A stretch of 64,000 nucleotides of DNA from Staphylococcus phage vB_SsapH-Golestan-100. Location of the stretch: sequence record LC647030.1. One strand, written 5' to 3'. The notes below the pieces were generated by a model. It ran no database searches, had not been told where the DNA came from, and saw only the letters and a list, made by a program, of their open reading frames with translations. Shown piece by piece: positions 55,986 to 64,000 of this stretch. The translations under genes were made by a program, and so were the position numbers. Positions within the stretch are counted from its first letter, which is position 1. The number at the start of each line of letters is the position of its first letter.

Positions 55986-57671
55986 CTAATACTGTATTTC
56001 TTTCCCAGCAATAAGTTTATTTTGATATTGTCCTTGACGGATGTAGATAGTGCTTTCAGGTGCTCCTGAACTTATACTGAATTCACTACCAAACCCTGCG
56101 CAATTGTCTAACCACATATTACTTCCTGAAGATGTTTGGAAATCTTTTCCTTGGTAGCTCTCAAAGCCTATACATCCTAGATTCCAAGAGTTAGTACCCT
56201 GATTAACATCAGCTATATTTCCTCCATCATTTCTACCGTAAGTACCGTTAACCCGTATGACAGTTAATCCATCATGAACAGTAGAGCCATTATTAGATTT
56301 AGCACCTGCTGTACCTTTTTCAAATCCATTATCTAAACCTATACAATCTATCTCAGTTATAATAGGTTTAGAAGAATCCGCACCTATATGATAGTTAAAC
56401 CCGTCCATATAGTTATTAGATGCTGTTGATTTACTTACTACTACTTCTTTACCTCCAATAACCTCAAGACCATTACCATTAGTTTGAGAAGAGAAGTTTA
56501 AAATACAATTATTAACATATAGATTATTGTTTTTGTTTAGCTCAAATCTAGCTGGTCTAGCTCCCCCATATATGTTTAGTTTTTCTATATAGAAATTATT
56601 TGGTACATTAGTAGCTAACAAGTTCTGAGAAGCTAACAATGGTATAACCATATTATTAGGAGTTTTAGAATTAAAGTTAACAAAAACTTTTGTTCCGTCA
56701 GAAAACCAAGAAAAAGGAGTCTCCTCTACCATAGCTAAGGAGCTAACATTTACAAATTCATTATAGATGTTGTTACTTGCCTCACTAAAGTCTACGACTC
56801 TCTTAACTGCTGACCTTGTAAACTCATAAGTGTTATTCTTACCATAGGACTTAACCCATGTCGGCTCATCTGCCATGAATAGATTAACATTAGAGCCTAG
56901 GCCTATTATGTTTATACTCATATTGTTTATTGGTAATAAAAGAACACCGTTAGTTCTAAAGTAGTTACCCTCGTTAATATAAAGAGTATCACCAGTACTT
57001 AATACTGATTGAGCTTTTTTTAATGTTTTAAAAGAGCTATTTTGAGTTGAGCCATCGTTACTATCATTACCATTAGTACCATCTACATAAACCTCTTTAC
57101 CGCCTGTAACTTTATTATCTTCTATGTTGTATTTCACACCAAAGGTACCTCTAGCATCAGTCATTATTCTACCTTTTAAAGGGTATTCTTTTACAGGAAA
57201 ATCTAAAGGAGTGTTTACAGTAATAGGTAACTTAGGAGCAAAGTTACCATCAAGCCCTGGTATACCTTGAGCACCTTGTTCCCCTTTTAACTCTTGTTTG
57301 TCAGCCTCTGTTAAATCATTAAAAGTTAACTTATCACCTTTAGCACCTCCTATAGACTCTAACCACTCTTCAGGTGTACCAGTAAACCCATTATCTACTG
57401 CTATATCATAAGCAGATTTAGGCTTAACTAGTAAGTGGTCTTTGAAGTAGAAAGAAATCTCTTTATAAGAAGATTCTAGTGTTGTAAACTCAGGTACTAC
57501 GACCTTCTCTGATTCATAGTTGTCTCCCATCCAAGCTATATAAAACTCCCCTTGAGGGTATGTAGTATTTGGAGCCAGGTTAGCTATAATAACGGAGCCT
57601 TGGTCACCTTCTATATTATAGCCTTTTGCTAATAAATTACCTTCCTTATCATAAGCTTCTAAATGTGGCAT
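55986..57671 (-). CDS. right-handed parallel beta-helix (pectin-lyase-fold) protein with an N-terminal ~65-aa domain shared with the virion Ig-like proteins
   Basis: The C-terminal half has repetitive N/G-rich beta-helix-like rungs (NNCILNFSSQTNGNGLEVIGG...). The N-terminus, including VVVPEFTT, aligns with ORFs 47400 and 47941. Confidence 0.55.
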   Translation of the reverse strand: MPHLEAYDKEGNLLAKGYNIEGDQGSVIIANLAPNTTYPQGEFYIAWMGDNYESEKVVVPEFTTLESSYKEISFYFKDHLLVKPKSAYDIAVDNGFTGTPEEWLESIGGAKGDKLTFNDLTEADKQELKGEQGAQGIPGLDGNFAPKLPITVNTPLDFPVKEYPLKGRIMTDARGTFGVKYNIEDNKVTGGKEVYVDGTNGNDSNDGSTQNSSFKTLKKAQSVLSTGDTLYINEGNYFRTNGVLLLPINNMSINIIGLGSNVNLFMADEPTWVKSYGKNNTYEFTRSAVKRVVDFSEASNNIYNEFVNVSSLAMVEETPFSWFSDGTKVFVNFNSKTPNNMVIPLLASQNLLATNVPNNFYIEKLNIYGGARPARFELNKNNNLYVNNCILNFSSQTNGNGLEVIGGKEVVVSKSTASNNYMDGFNYHIGADSSKPIITEIDCIGLDNGFEKGTAGAKSNNGSTVHDGLTVIRVNGTYGRNDGGNIADVNQGTNSWNLGCIGFESYQGKDFQTSSGSNMWLDNCAGFGSEFSISSGAPESTIYIRQGQYQNKLIAGKEIQY

Positions 57672-57732
57672 ATTATAGTCTCCTATCTATTTGTGTATTA
57701 TATGAGTAATATAACATCTTATTCACATTAGG

Positions 57733-57963
57733 TTAGACACAATCTACCATCCACTCCCAATCCCAAAAGTCTCTTATCTTATAACCATCTAACTCATGTT
57801 TATTGCCTTTTAGTATACCTGTAATAATATACCTATCATGGCCTTCTCTTACGTATTCTTCACCCAGCTCTTCTAAGAGGTCTTTTGTATGATTTTGAGT
57901 ACCTGCATATATTGCTGTTTTACTATCCTCCTCAATTACATATAGAGAATAAATCTCATACAT
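57733..57963 (-). CDS. hypothetical protein (76 aa)
   Basis: ORF in the early-gene block. Confidence 0.4.
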   Translation of the reverse strand: MYEIYSLYVIEEDSKTAIYAGTQNHTKDLLEELGEEYVREGHDRYIITGILKGNKHELDGYKIRDFWDWEWMVDCV

Positions 57964-58742
57964 TATACATCCCCTCCGATAGTTAAAGGGTAGCCATCTT
58001 GTCTAGTCAATTGCTTTTTATAGTTCTCTACTGTGTCATCTAAGTGCATAATAACTACTTCTGTATTGAATCTTTTTAAATCTTCATCTAACATGTCACA
58101 TGTCCCCATAATGTTTTTATAATAGTTAGCATGTACTGGGCTTTTATTTAAAGAAACATCTAAATATAGTCCTGTTAGTCTCAACTCAGGGAATCTATCC
58201 ATAAACCAAGTATAGTGACGGAACAAACTGTCATTACCGCTTTGAAATTTTTCTGTAGTATCTCCTGAGTAAATAATCATGTCGGTATTATCTTTTATTA
58301 GAGTAATACTATACGTTTTAACTTGAGGAACATGCTTTACTTCTTCAAAGATGACTTCTACATTACCTTTATAAATATATTGTTTACCATAAGGGACTAC
58401 TTCTAAATTGAACATAGATTCTTCAATACCTGAGATTAGTAGATAGTCCAATAAATCTCTTCTCAAGGTATTATAAATCAGTATATTAACCTTAACATCT
58501 TTTGCATAATACATCCACTCAATTAACGTTCCTAAACTTCCTACATGGTCTGTATGCATGTGTGTAAGGATGATATTAACTTCTTTATACTTATCTAACC
58601 CTTTTTCTCTAAACGTGTTGAAGACTGTTGAACCACAATCAATCATAAACACTTTATCATCCTCTATAAAATACCAACTATTATTTCCATACTCCTGTGA
58701 ATTAAATGCTGACCCAAAACCTAATGATTTTAATTTAAACAT
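57963..58742 (-). CDS. metallo-beta-lactamase-fold hydrolase
   Basis: HxHxDH motif in ILTHMHTDHVGSL. Confidence 0.7.
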   Translation of the reverse strand: MFKLKSLGFGSAFNSQEYGNNSWYFIEDDKVFMIDCGSTVFNTFREKGLDKYKEVNIILTHMHTDHVGSLGTLIEWMYYAKDVKVNILIYNTLRRDLLDYLLISGIEESMFNLEVVPYGKQYIYKGNVEVIFEEVKHVPQVKTYSITLIKDNTDMIIYSGDTTEKFQSGNDSLFRHYTWFMDRFPELRLTGLYLDVSLNKSPVHANYYKNIMGTCDMLDEDLKRFNTEVVIMHLDDTVENYKKQLTRQDGYPLTIGGDV

Positions 58743-58747
58743 ATTTC

Positions 58748-59305
58748 CTACACCCTTTCCATTCTCTTATTCATATATTTTAAGCTATTATAAAACTCTC
58801 TAGCGTGGTGCTTGTAATAGAAATTCTTTTTGTGAGACTTACCATTGTCATCAATCCATAAAACGTTCCATGTATTTGTATCTAGTGTGTCTGTTATGTC
58901 TTGAATAATACTTCTTATCATAATTAAGCACTCTCCACTTAGTCCTTCATTTAATGCTTCTTCTAATGCATCCATCTCTATGTCCTCATTAGCATAGCCT
59001 CTACCACCATAAAACAAGTAGTTTTCATAAGCATCTCTAAAATCATAGAATCTAGTTTTAGAGCTTATATTAGGGTTAGCTAAAATGTCTTCACTCTTCT
59101 CCAACCAGTATTCCCTCAATTCATATATAGAAGGTTGTTCTACTTTGTCACTTCTTTTTACTACGTCTTTCTCTACCTTTAAGTCCTCTTTACTATAGTT
59201 ACGTTCTTGTATCATAAACTCAACCCACTTTTTAACATCTTCTATATCTTCATAGATTTTGTCAACGTGGGATTTAACTGAACATAGGTATACTGCATAA
59301 TGCAT
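58748..59305 (-). CDS. hypothetical protein (185 aa)
   Basis: RBS aggaggag. Confidence 0.45.
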   Translation of the reverse strand: MHYAVYLCSVKSHVDKIYEDIEDVKKWVEFMIQERNYSKEDLKVEKDVVKRSDKVEQPSIYELREYWLEKSEDILANPNISSKTRFYDFRDAYENYLFYGGRGYANEDIEMDALEEALNEGLSGECLIMIRSIIQDITDTLDTNTWNVLWIDDNGKSHKKNFYYKHHAREFYNSLKYMNKRMERV

Positions 59306-59627
59306 CTTGATTCTCCTCCTCTTCTTCTTCTTTCCATCCTATAGTAATGTAACCTATATAAGTTTCTTGGTCATTACTATAACTACTTACAGTATAACCT
59401 TTATCTAACAATTTGTCAATTATCCATTCTTTTGTAGCTTCATTTATGCTGTAATTAAAGAAGTCTGCTTTAGTACTAAAAAGCCCTTTATGTGTTGCTA
59501 CGTGAATTTTATAGTTAACTTCACACCACATTACGTAGTATCCTCCTAGTTTGCTTACCTTCTCTCTATCCTTTTTAAACCGTTTCTTTTGTTTTTCTGA
59601 TTTTCTTCTAGCTTTGTTGCTATTCAT
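59274..59627 (-). CDS. hypothetical protein (117 aa) with a basic N-terminus and a poly-Glu C-terminus
   Basis: RBS aggagggg. Contains KEEEEEEN. Confidence 0.45.
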   Translation of the reverse strand: MNSNKARRKSEKQKKRFKKDREKVSKLGGYYVMWCEVNYKIHVATHKGLFSTKADFFNYSINEATKEWIIDKLLDKGYTVSSYSNDQETYIGYITIGWKEEEEEENQDALCSIPMFS

Positions 59628-59670
59628 TACTACCCCTCCTTAATTAACCCTTCCTATTTAATGTACCTTT

Positions 59671-59708
59671 ATTGTATAATAAAAAAGAACCTAAGTCAAT
59701 AGGTTCTT
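59671..59708 (-). promoter_or_regulatory. composite minus-strand terminator and promoter
   Basis: 8-bp hairpin 59685-59708. TTGACT lies in the loop. A 17-nt spacer leads to TACAAT at 59671-59676. A T-run follows the hairpin. Confidence 0.5.
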
Positions 59709-59720
59709 TAATAATAAATG

Positions 59721-60233
59721 TTAACTTTTATAGAATACTTCGATAGAAACAATTTGATTACCATTTACCACTATTTGATGATTGTTTCTTTCTACTACTA
59801 GACACTTATGCTCCCCACTTATACACTTCATAGCATTCTGTGCTAACTCTCCTAAGCTAACGTGTGGAGCAAGGTCTTCCTTATCAAAGTGCTCTCTAAA
59901 CCCTTCAGTCTTGAAAATTACAATACCACTAATTTCTTTTTCAGGTTCCTCTTTACCCTCTGCAATCCTTCCCGCTAAGTCAATTTGATTGTTAAAGAAC
60001 TCTAGGTCATCAACATCTGTACCTTTTAGTTTGACTCCATTAGTTCCTGGTAGTTCTTTACCAACAATAAACCGATTAAGAAAAGAAGTATAGTGTAATA
60101 ACTTAAGAATTTTATCATCCTTTAGGTTTTCAACCTTACTCAATCTAGCTCTAAGTTCTTTTTGTATTTTAGCATCCACTATAACTATTACAGTTAAACC
60201 AATAACTAAAAGACATAATACTGCGTATACCAT
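59721..60233 (-). CDS. membrane-anchored protein (170 aa) with an N-terminal TM helix
   Basis: N-terminal segment MVYAVLCLLVIGLTVIVIV. Confidence 0.45.
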   Translation of the reverse strand: MVYAVLCLLVIGLTVIVIVDAKIQKELRARLSKVENLKDDKILKLLHYTSFLNRFIVGKELPGTNGVKLKGTDVDDLEFFNNQIDLAGRIAEGKEEPEKEISGIVIFKTEGFREHFDKEDLAPHVSLGELAQNAMKCISGEHKCLVVERNNHQIVVNGNQIVSIEVFYKS

Positions 60234-60253
60234 CTCTAATTCCTCCTTTTAAT

Positions 60254-60436
60254 TTACAATTCATTCATATGTTCAAGCATGTTATCATAGATAGCAAAAA
60301 TTATGCTACCTGCAATTGGTAAGAAAAAGTCTATAGGCTCATCGTACCAAATATTTGTACCTAACCAACCAAACAAAAAGTTAAAAAATAGTATACCACT
60401 AAAATAACCGATAAACTTCTCTAGTATACGCAGCAT
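60254..60436 (-). CDS. small membrane protein (60 aa)
   Basis: Two hydrophobic segments. Confidence 0.4.
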   Translation of the reverse strand: MLRILEKFIGYFSGILFFNFLFGWLGTNIWYDEPIDFFLPIAGSIIFAIYDNMLEHMNEL

Positions 60437-60915
60437 TCCTGCTCCTCCTTAGTTACCCACGTAGCACATAATACCCCATCTCTATCTCTATAAATAAAAG
60501 GCTCTACATTGTTAATGTCATATTGTCTTTGATACTTAGAGTTTGTTCTTCTTTTTTCCATTTCATTAAACTCTAGTATGTGACCTTTTAAAATCGTAAG
60601 TAACCTTTTATTTAGTTTCTCATTATCTTCTAACCTTAGTTTATTTCTAGGAATCCAACAGTAACCAGCAGAACCTACAAGAAGTGTAACTTTCTCATTA
60701 GATACATAACCTTTCATGTCTAGTGACAGTACTAAATGAGTAAAACTAGGTCTAAACTCTCTATCTGAGTCTAAAAACATTCTATGCAACTTGTTTTCCA
60801 TAGTATCTAATTTCTCTTTACGTTCATTGTTTCCCAGCATCATGTATCTGTCTGTGTATGGGCTATCTGTTAGTAGCTCCCTTTTATAAACTTTTAGTTC
60901 ACTAAAAGCAATCAT
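60421..60915 (-). CDS. hypothetical protein (about 164 aa)
   Basis: RBS AAGGAGGAG lies 8 nt before the ATG at 60915. Confidence 0.45.
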   Translation of the reverse strand: MIAFSELKVYKRELLTDSPYTDRYMMLGNNERKEKLDTMENKLHRMFLDSDREFRPSFTHLVLSLDMKGYVSNEKVTLLVGSAGYCWIPRNKLRLEDNEKLNKRLLTILKGHILEFNEMEKRRTNSKYQRQYDINNVEPFIYRDRDGVLCATWVTKEEQECCVY

Positions 60916-61060
60916 TAGTATACTCCTCCTTATCCTTTTCAGGAGAGCCACCCTCATTTTCAAATCTTTCCAACTGCGCTCTTAGTTCTTTGTTTTCTCT
61001 TCTAAGTTCCTCATTTTCCTTTATTAAAGCTTCTTGGTAATCGTAGTCATATTTATTCAT
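60902..61060 (-). CDS. 52-aa coiled-coil peptide missing from the ORF track
   Basis: RBS AGGAGG lies 8 nt before the ATG. The peptide is MNKYDYDYQEALIKENEELRRENKELRAQLERFENEGGSPEKDKEEYTNDCF. It fills an otherwise empty 117-nt gap. Confidence 0.35.
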   Translation of the reverse strand: MNKYDYDYQEALIKENEELRRENKELRAQLERFENEGGSPEKDKEEYTNDCF

Positions 61061-61080
61061 ATAAATAACCTCCTAGAATT

Positions 61081-61416
61081 TTAATCCCAATTTATTCCTA
61101 AATCTAAAACCTCAGATGTTAAGTCTTCCTCATACTTCATCATAGACTCAATTAAACCTCCTAGCTTTTTATGGCTTCTGTAGGCATGGGAGTCCCTTAG
61201 AATGAATTCACCACAAGGATTCTCTTCCATACTTACTACCTCTCTATCAACATAAGTACTTGTTACAAATAACTTAATAGCAATGTCCTTTTTTGTGAAG
61301 AATAAGAAGAAAGAAGTACTCCCTAAATGAACATCGTCTAGTTCATACCCTTTAATAGATTTTCCTTTATTGAGTAAAAAGTAGTTATAAACTTTGATAA
61401 TATTATTCTTTTTCAT
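61081..61416 (-). CDS. hypothetical protein (111 aa)
   Basis: RBS aggagga. Confidence 0.45.
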   Translation of the reverse strand: MKKNNIIKVYNYFLLNKGKSIKGYELDDVHLGSTSFFLFFTKKDIAIKLFVTSTYVDREVVSMEENPCGEFILRDSHAYRSHKKLGGLIESMMKYEEDLTSEVLDLGINWD

Positions 61417-61427
61417 TCTGTATCCTC

Positions 61428-61997
61428 CTATTCAAATGACTCTAGATAATCATCTAGCTCTCTTTGTTTAGCTTCCATCTCACTTTGCAAACCTGCATTG
61501 TCAATCTCACTTTGTAACTTATCTACAACTTTTGAATCAGGGTAAAGCTCTCCTTGACTGTTATCCCCTTCTACACCTTCATTACTTAGCTTGAAGTCTA
61601 TGCCATCAATCTCCCCTGTATAGTTTAAGCTAGCAATGTACTCTTCACCTTTAGGATTCACATAGCTAACAGCTTTTCCAGGGTTCATTGTCCAAGTATT
61701 ACCTTCTTGGTCAACGATTCCATTAACATCTTTACCTTCATCAATCATATTCAATACGTCTACCATTTCAGGTGTTGTGTTTTCTTCTGTAGTGTTGTTT
61801 TGTTCAGAACTTTGTTGATTATCATCACCCTTTGGTGTTGACTGTTCTGTTGAACTCTCTCCTTTCTTGTTTTGCTGTGATACTTTGTTACTGCTTAATT
61901 CCTTAACGTTGTCTCTAGTGTCAAAGTAGGCAAATACTCCAAAACCTAATGCTCCTATAAGTGCTACTGCTATAATTGTTAATAATACATTTTTCAT
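61428..61997 (-). CDS. membrane-anchored or secreted protein (189 aa) with an N-terminal hydrophobic anchor
   Basis: N-terminal segment MKNVLLTIIAVALIGALGFGVFAYF. RBS ggaggta. Confidence 0.5.
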   Translation of the reverse strand: MKNVLLTIIAVALIGALGFGVFAYFDTRDNVKELSSNKVSQQNKKGESSTEQSTPKGDDNQQSSEQNNTTEENTTPEMVDVLNMIDEGKDVNGIVDQEGNTWTMNPGKAVSYVNPKGEEYIASLNYTGEIDGIDFKLSNEGVEGDNSQGELYPDSKVVDKLQSEIDNAGLQSEMEAKQRELDDYLESFE

Positions 61998-62027
61998 AAT
62001 TAATACCTCCTTGTTTTATATAATACT

Positions 62028-62056
62028 ACTATAGCATGTTACTTTTGCTATGTCAA
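62028..62056 (-). promoter_or_regulatory. minus-strand promoter TTGACA-17-TATAGT
   Basis: Read directly from the sequence. Confidence 0.55.
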
Positions 62057-62065
62057 CAACTTTCT

Positions 62066-62365
62066 TTAAATTCTGTTATACATTTCTTTACACATGTATC
62101 TGATGAAGATTGCCATTGCATAGTTCATATTAACATCTTCATTTTTAAGATAAAAATCATATATAAAATCCCATGCGATAAAAGATATATAAGAGTCTAC
62201 TACTGTACTACCTTTTCTAACTTCAAAACTTAGAACTCCATCCTTATAACTTTTGACTTTAAATTCTGAATCAGTATTTAGTTTCTTAGGGAAGTGCAAC
62301 CATCCTTTTTCATAAAGGTATTCTACTGAGTTATCAAATGCTCTTTTTGCTATATCTTGTTTCAT
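62066..62365 (-). CDS. hypothetical protein (about 99 aa from the internal ATG)
   Basis: RBS AGGAGGT lies 8 nt before the ATG at 62365. The upstream ATG at 62404 lies inside the promoter and has no RBS. Confidence 0.45.
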   Translation of the reverse strand: MKQDIAKRAFDNSVEYLYEKGWLHFPKKLNTDSEFKVKSYKDGVLSFEVRKGSTVVDSYISFIAWDFIYDFYLKNEDVNMNYAMAIFIRYMCKEMYNRI

Positions 62366-62395
62366 AAATAAAACCTCCTTAATGTTTATACTATA

Positions 62396-62424
62396 AGTAT
62401 ACACTAAGGAGATTAGTAAGTCAA
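62396..62424 (-). promoter_or_regulatory. minus-strand promoter TTGACT-17-TATACT
   Basis: Read directly from the sequence. Confidence 0.5.
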
Positions 62425-62433
62425 CTATTTTAT

Positions 62434-63201
62434 TTAATTTATAACACCATATTGTTTATTATATTCTGCGATAGTACCTCTGTTCTCTAGTTCTTCAAAA
62501 CGCTCATCCATTTCATGGTTACGTAGAATACTTTCTACTACTTCTACCACAGGATGTCTTTGAACTTCCGTTAAGTTAAGGTGGTCAAAGAACTTCTTGT
62601 CTTTATCCTTCTTATATAGACCATCTAGTAACTGATACAAACCATTGCTCTCAGGTTTTCTTAGTGTCTTATCATCACACTGAGCAAAGTTACCTAAGAA
62701 AATAAATTTACTATTATTACCAGCTCTAGTAGCAATTGCACTGATTGTGTTTATGTCTAAGTTTTGAGCTTCATCAATAATAAAGTATACATCATTCAGT
62801 GAACGTCCACGTATAGACTGGATAGAGTCGAAGAAGACTTTTTTACGTGATTCATCTTTACCTTCCATTAATATATAGTCTTTAATGTTACTCTTCTTAT
62901 CCATGACTTCTAGGTTATCCATAAAAGGAGCTACAAATGGGAAAATCTTGTCTTGAGAGTCACCTGGTAAGAACCCTTGAGCCATTCCTATCTCTACTTG
63001 TAGTCTAGTGTAAATAAGCTTACGGTAATCTTTCTGCTCAATAACCTGCTCTAGTCCTACTGCTTGAGAGATTAATGATTTACCACAACCACTTTGTCCT
63101 GAAATAAAAGTAAAAGGTTTGTTGTTTGTTAAATATTGAAAAGCTAACTCTTGTTCCTCATTTTGAGCACTAATTCCAAAATATGACATATAATGTACCA
63201 T
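62434..63201 (-). CDS. phoH: PhoH-like ATPase
   Basis: Walker A GQSGCGKSL. Segment IRGRSL. Walker B IIDEAQN. Confidence 0.75.
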   Translation of the reverse strand: MVHYMSYFGISAQNEEQELAFQYLTNNKPFTFISGQSGCGKSLISQAVGLEQVIEQKDYRKLIYTRLQVEIGMAQGFLPGDSQDKIFPFVAPFMDNLEVMDKKSNIKDYILMEGKDESRKKVFFDSIQSIRGRSLNDVYFIIDEAQNLDINTISAIATRAGNNSKFIFLGNFAQCDDKTLRKPESNGLYQLLDGLYKKDKDKKFFDHLNLTEVQRHPVVEVVESILRNHEMDERFEELENRGTIAEYNKQYGVIN

Positions 63202-63231
63202 CCTCTTTAGTTTATTTAACTTCAGTTCTTC

Positions 63232-63411
63232 CTATAATATAATACTTATGATAAATGCTGAGGTGTATAGAGTTACTACCACACCAGCTAGTATAGCATC
63301 AATCTTATCATTCTTCTTTATGCTATGGATAATAATGAAAATATTAGCACCTATAAATGCAATCATTATTAATGCCATGAATACCACAGCCATAATCATT
63401 CCTACACTCAT
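63232..63411 (-). CDS. 59-aa protein with two TM helices, missing from the ORF track
   Basis: Open frame MSVGMIMAVVFMALIMIAFIGANIFIIIHSIKKNDKIDAILAGVVVTLYTSAFIISIIL. It starts immediately after the upstream stop. Its RBS is weak (GGTGAG). Confidence 0.3.
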   Translation of the reverse strand: MSVGMIMAVVFMALIMIAFIGANIFIIIHSIKKNDKIDAILAGVVVTLYTSAFIISIIL

Positions 63412-63819
63412 CTACTCACCGCAAATCCATAAGTAACCAAAAATCATTTTAAGGTCATCAAAGATAAGCTTTTTATAGTACTCATCTTGTTTATCATTAT
63501 CTGTATCTAGCCACTTACTGATGTTTTTTCTGATAAATTTAATTACATTCTCTTCAGTTCTGTTAATACCATCACTGCAATTGAATATTCTATAGTCCAA
63601 ATCTACCCTAACCCCAGCTTCCTGTAAGAATAATCCTAATTGTGCGTATAACTGAACCATAAAGTATCTATCAAAGTTTACCATTGCACTACTTGTAAAA
63701 CCATAGTGAGCAAATTGTGCTTCCTCTTTAGGTGTTTTAGGTGCAGGGCTGATATTGTGTAGTTCTTTGTCCGTGTCCGATAAGTTCAATCCTTCATACA
63801 AAGTTCCTTTAAAGTTCAT
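63412..63819 (-). CDS. hypothetical protein (135 aa)
   Basis: RBS aggagga. Confidence 0.45.
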   Translation of the reverse strand: MNFKGTLYEGLNLSDTDKELHNISPAPKTPKEEAQFAHYGFTSSAMVNFDRYFMVQLYAQLGLFLQEAGVRVDLDYRIFNCSDGINRTEENVIKFIRKNISKWLDTDNDKQDEYYKKLIFDDLKMIFGYLWICGE

Positions 63820-63894
63820 ATAATTCCTCCTATTTAGCTTTTTTAGCTTGAATTTTTCTTTGGTACTCTTTTAAGTCTTGTCTTTAACTAGGTG

Positions 63895-64000
63895 TTAACA
63901 TTCAAATTCCTCCTTTATCTCATCAACTGTATCCCCAAACTCATTTACAATGTCCAAAGCTAAGTCGTTAAGGTTAATTTTAGGGTCTTGCTTAATTAAA
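63895..64000 (-). CDS. 3' end of a minus-strand gene whose start lies beyond the window
   Basis: Open frame ending ...DLALDIVNEFGDTVDEIKEEFEC, with its stop at 63895-63897. Confidence 0.35.
   Translation of the reverse strand, partial: LIKQDPKINLNDLALDIVNEFGDTVDEIKEEFEC

Noticed and set aside
57672-57732. Promoter upstream of the 561-aa beta-helix gene.
   Set aside because: A good -10 (TATAAT) is present, but the best -35 candidate (TGAATA or GAATAA) is poor and there is no TG extension, so it is not listed as a feature.
62036-62233. 65-aa plus-strand ORF and 62-aa plus-strand ORF (63248-63436) within the minus-strand early block.
   Set aside because: Both have the opposite orientation to every neighbouring gene and no RBS. 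The first overlaps a strong minus-strand promoter. The second is better explained by the 59-aa minus-strand TM ORF in the same DNA.
1-64000. CRISPR arrays, integrase or other lysogeny genes, and toxin-antitoxin-like pairs.
   Set aside because: No regularly spaced direct repeats with spacers were seen. No tyrosine or serine recombinase motifs were seen. No convincing two-gene toxin-antitoxin architecture was seen. The segment looks strictly lytic.

Overview
This window is a contiguous 64 kb stretch of a low-GC, large myovirus genome. Gene order and protein sizes resemble Twort-like (Herelleviridae, Kayvirus-like) staphylococcal phages; this genus attribution is from recollection, not a search.

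Layout, left to right:
(1) 1-19.3 kb, plus strand: tail and baseplate module. It begins with a 5'-truncated tail gene, then a 1132-aa tail protein, a LysM+gp25-like baseplate wedge protein, a baseplate-J-like protein, 1337-aa and 1153-aa tail proteins, and receptor-binding and tail-fibre proteins of 651 and 458 aa.
(2) 19.3-21.3 kb, minus strand: a four-gene cassette that interrupts the plus-strand run. It encodes a Rad52/Sak-like single-strand annealing protein, two small ORFs and a ParB/Srx-fold protein with a DGQHR motif.
(3) 21.4-46 kb, plus strand: replication, recombination and nucleotide metabolism. Genes are an SF2 helicase with a 267-aa intein in its P-loop, a Rep-like protein, a DnaB-like helicase, SbcD and SbcC, a primase, a resolvase-like nuclease, NrdI/NrdE/NrdF with a glutaredoxin-like protein, an HU-like protein, a family-A DNA polymerase in a single uninterrupted ORF, an SSB-like protein with a Q/P-rich tail, a RecA-like recombinase and a sigma-like factor.
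(4) 46.1-51.9 kb, plus strand: Ig-like (Big_2) virion proteins, then a run of small genes. Each small gene sits behind a near-consensus TTGACA-17-TATAAT promoter and ahead of a hairpin terminator, which looks like a terminal-repeat-style host-takeover module.
(5) 51.9-52.3 kb: a non-coding, strand-asymmetric region. The plus strand is purine-rich on the left and strongly CT-rich on the right, with degenerate CCTCTAyT repeats.
(6) 52.3-64 kb, minus strand: an early-gene block. It holds a free-standing GIY-YIG homing endonuclease, many small ORFs, a 561-aa parallel-beta-helix protein, an MBL-fold hydrolase, a PhoH-like ATPase and several membrane proteins.

The most notable observations: the reversed ParB-like/Rad52-like cassette; the helicase intein; terminator hairpins whose loops carry the -35 element of the next promoter; the strand-asymmetric repeat region; paralogous small genes on opposite strands either side of that region; and a beta-helix protein that shares an N-terminal domain with the virion Ig-like proteins.
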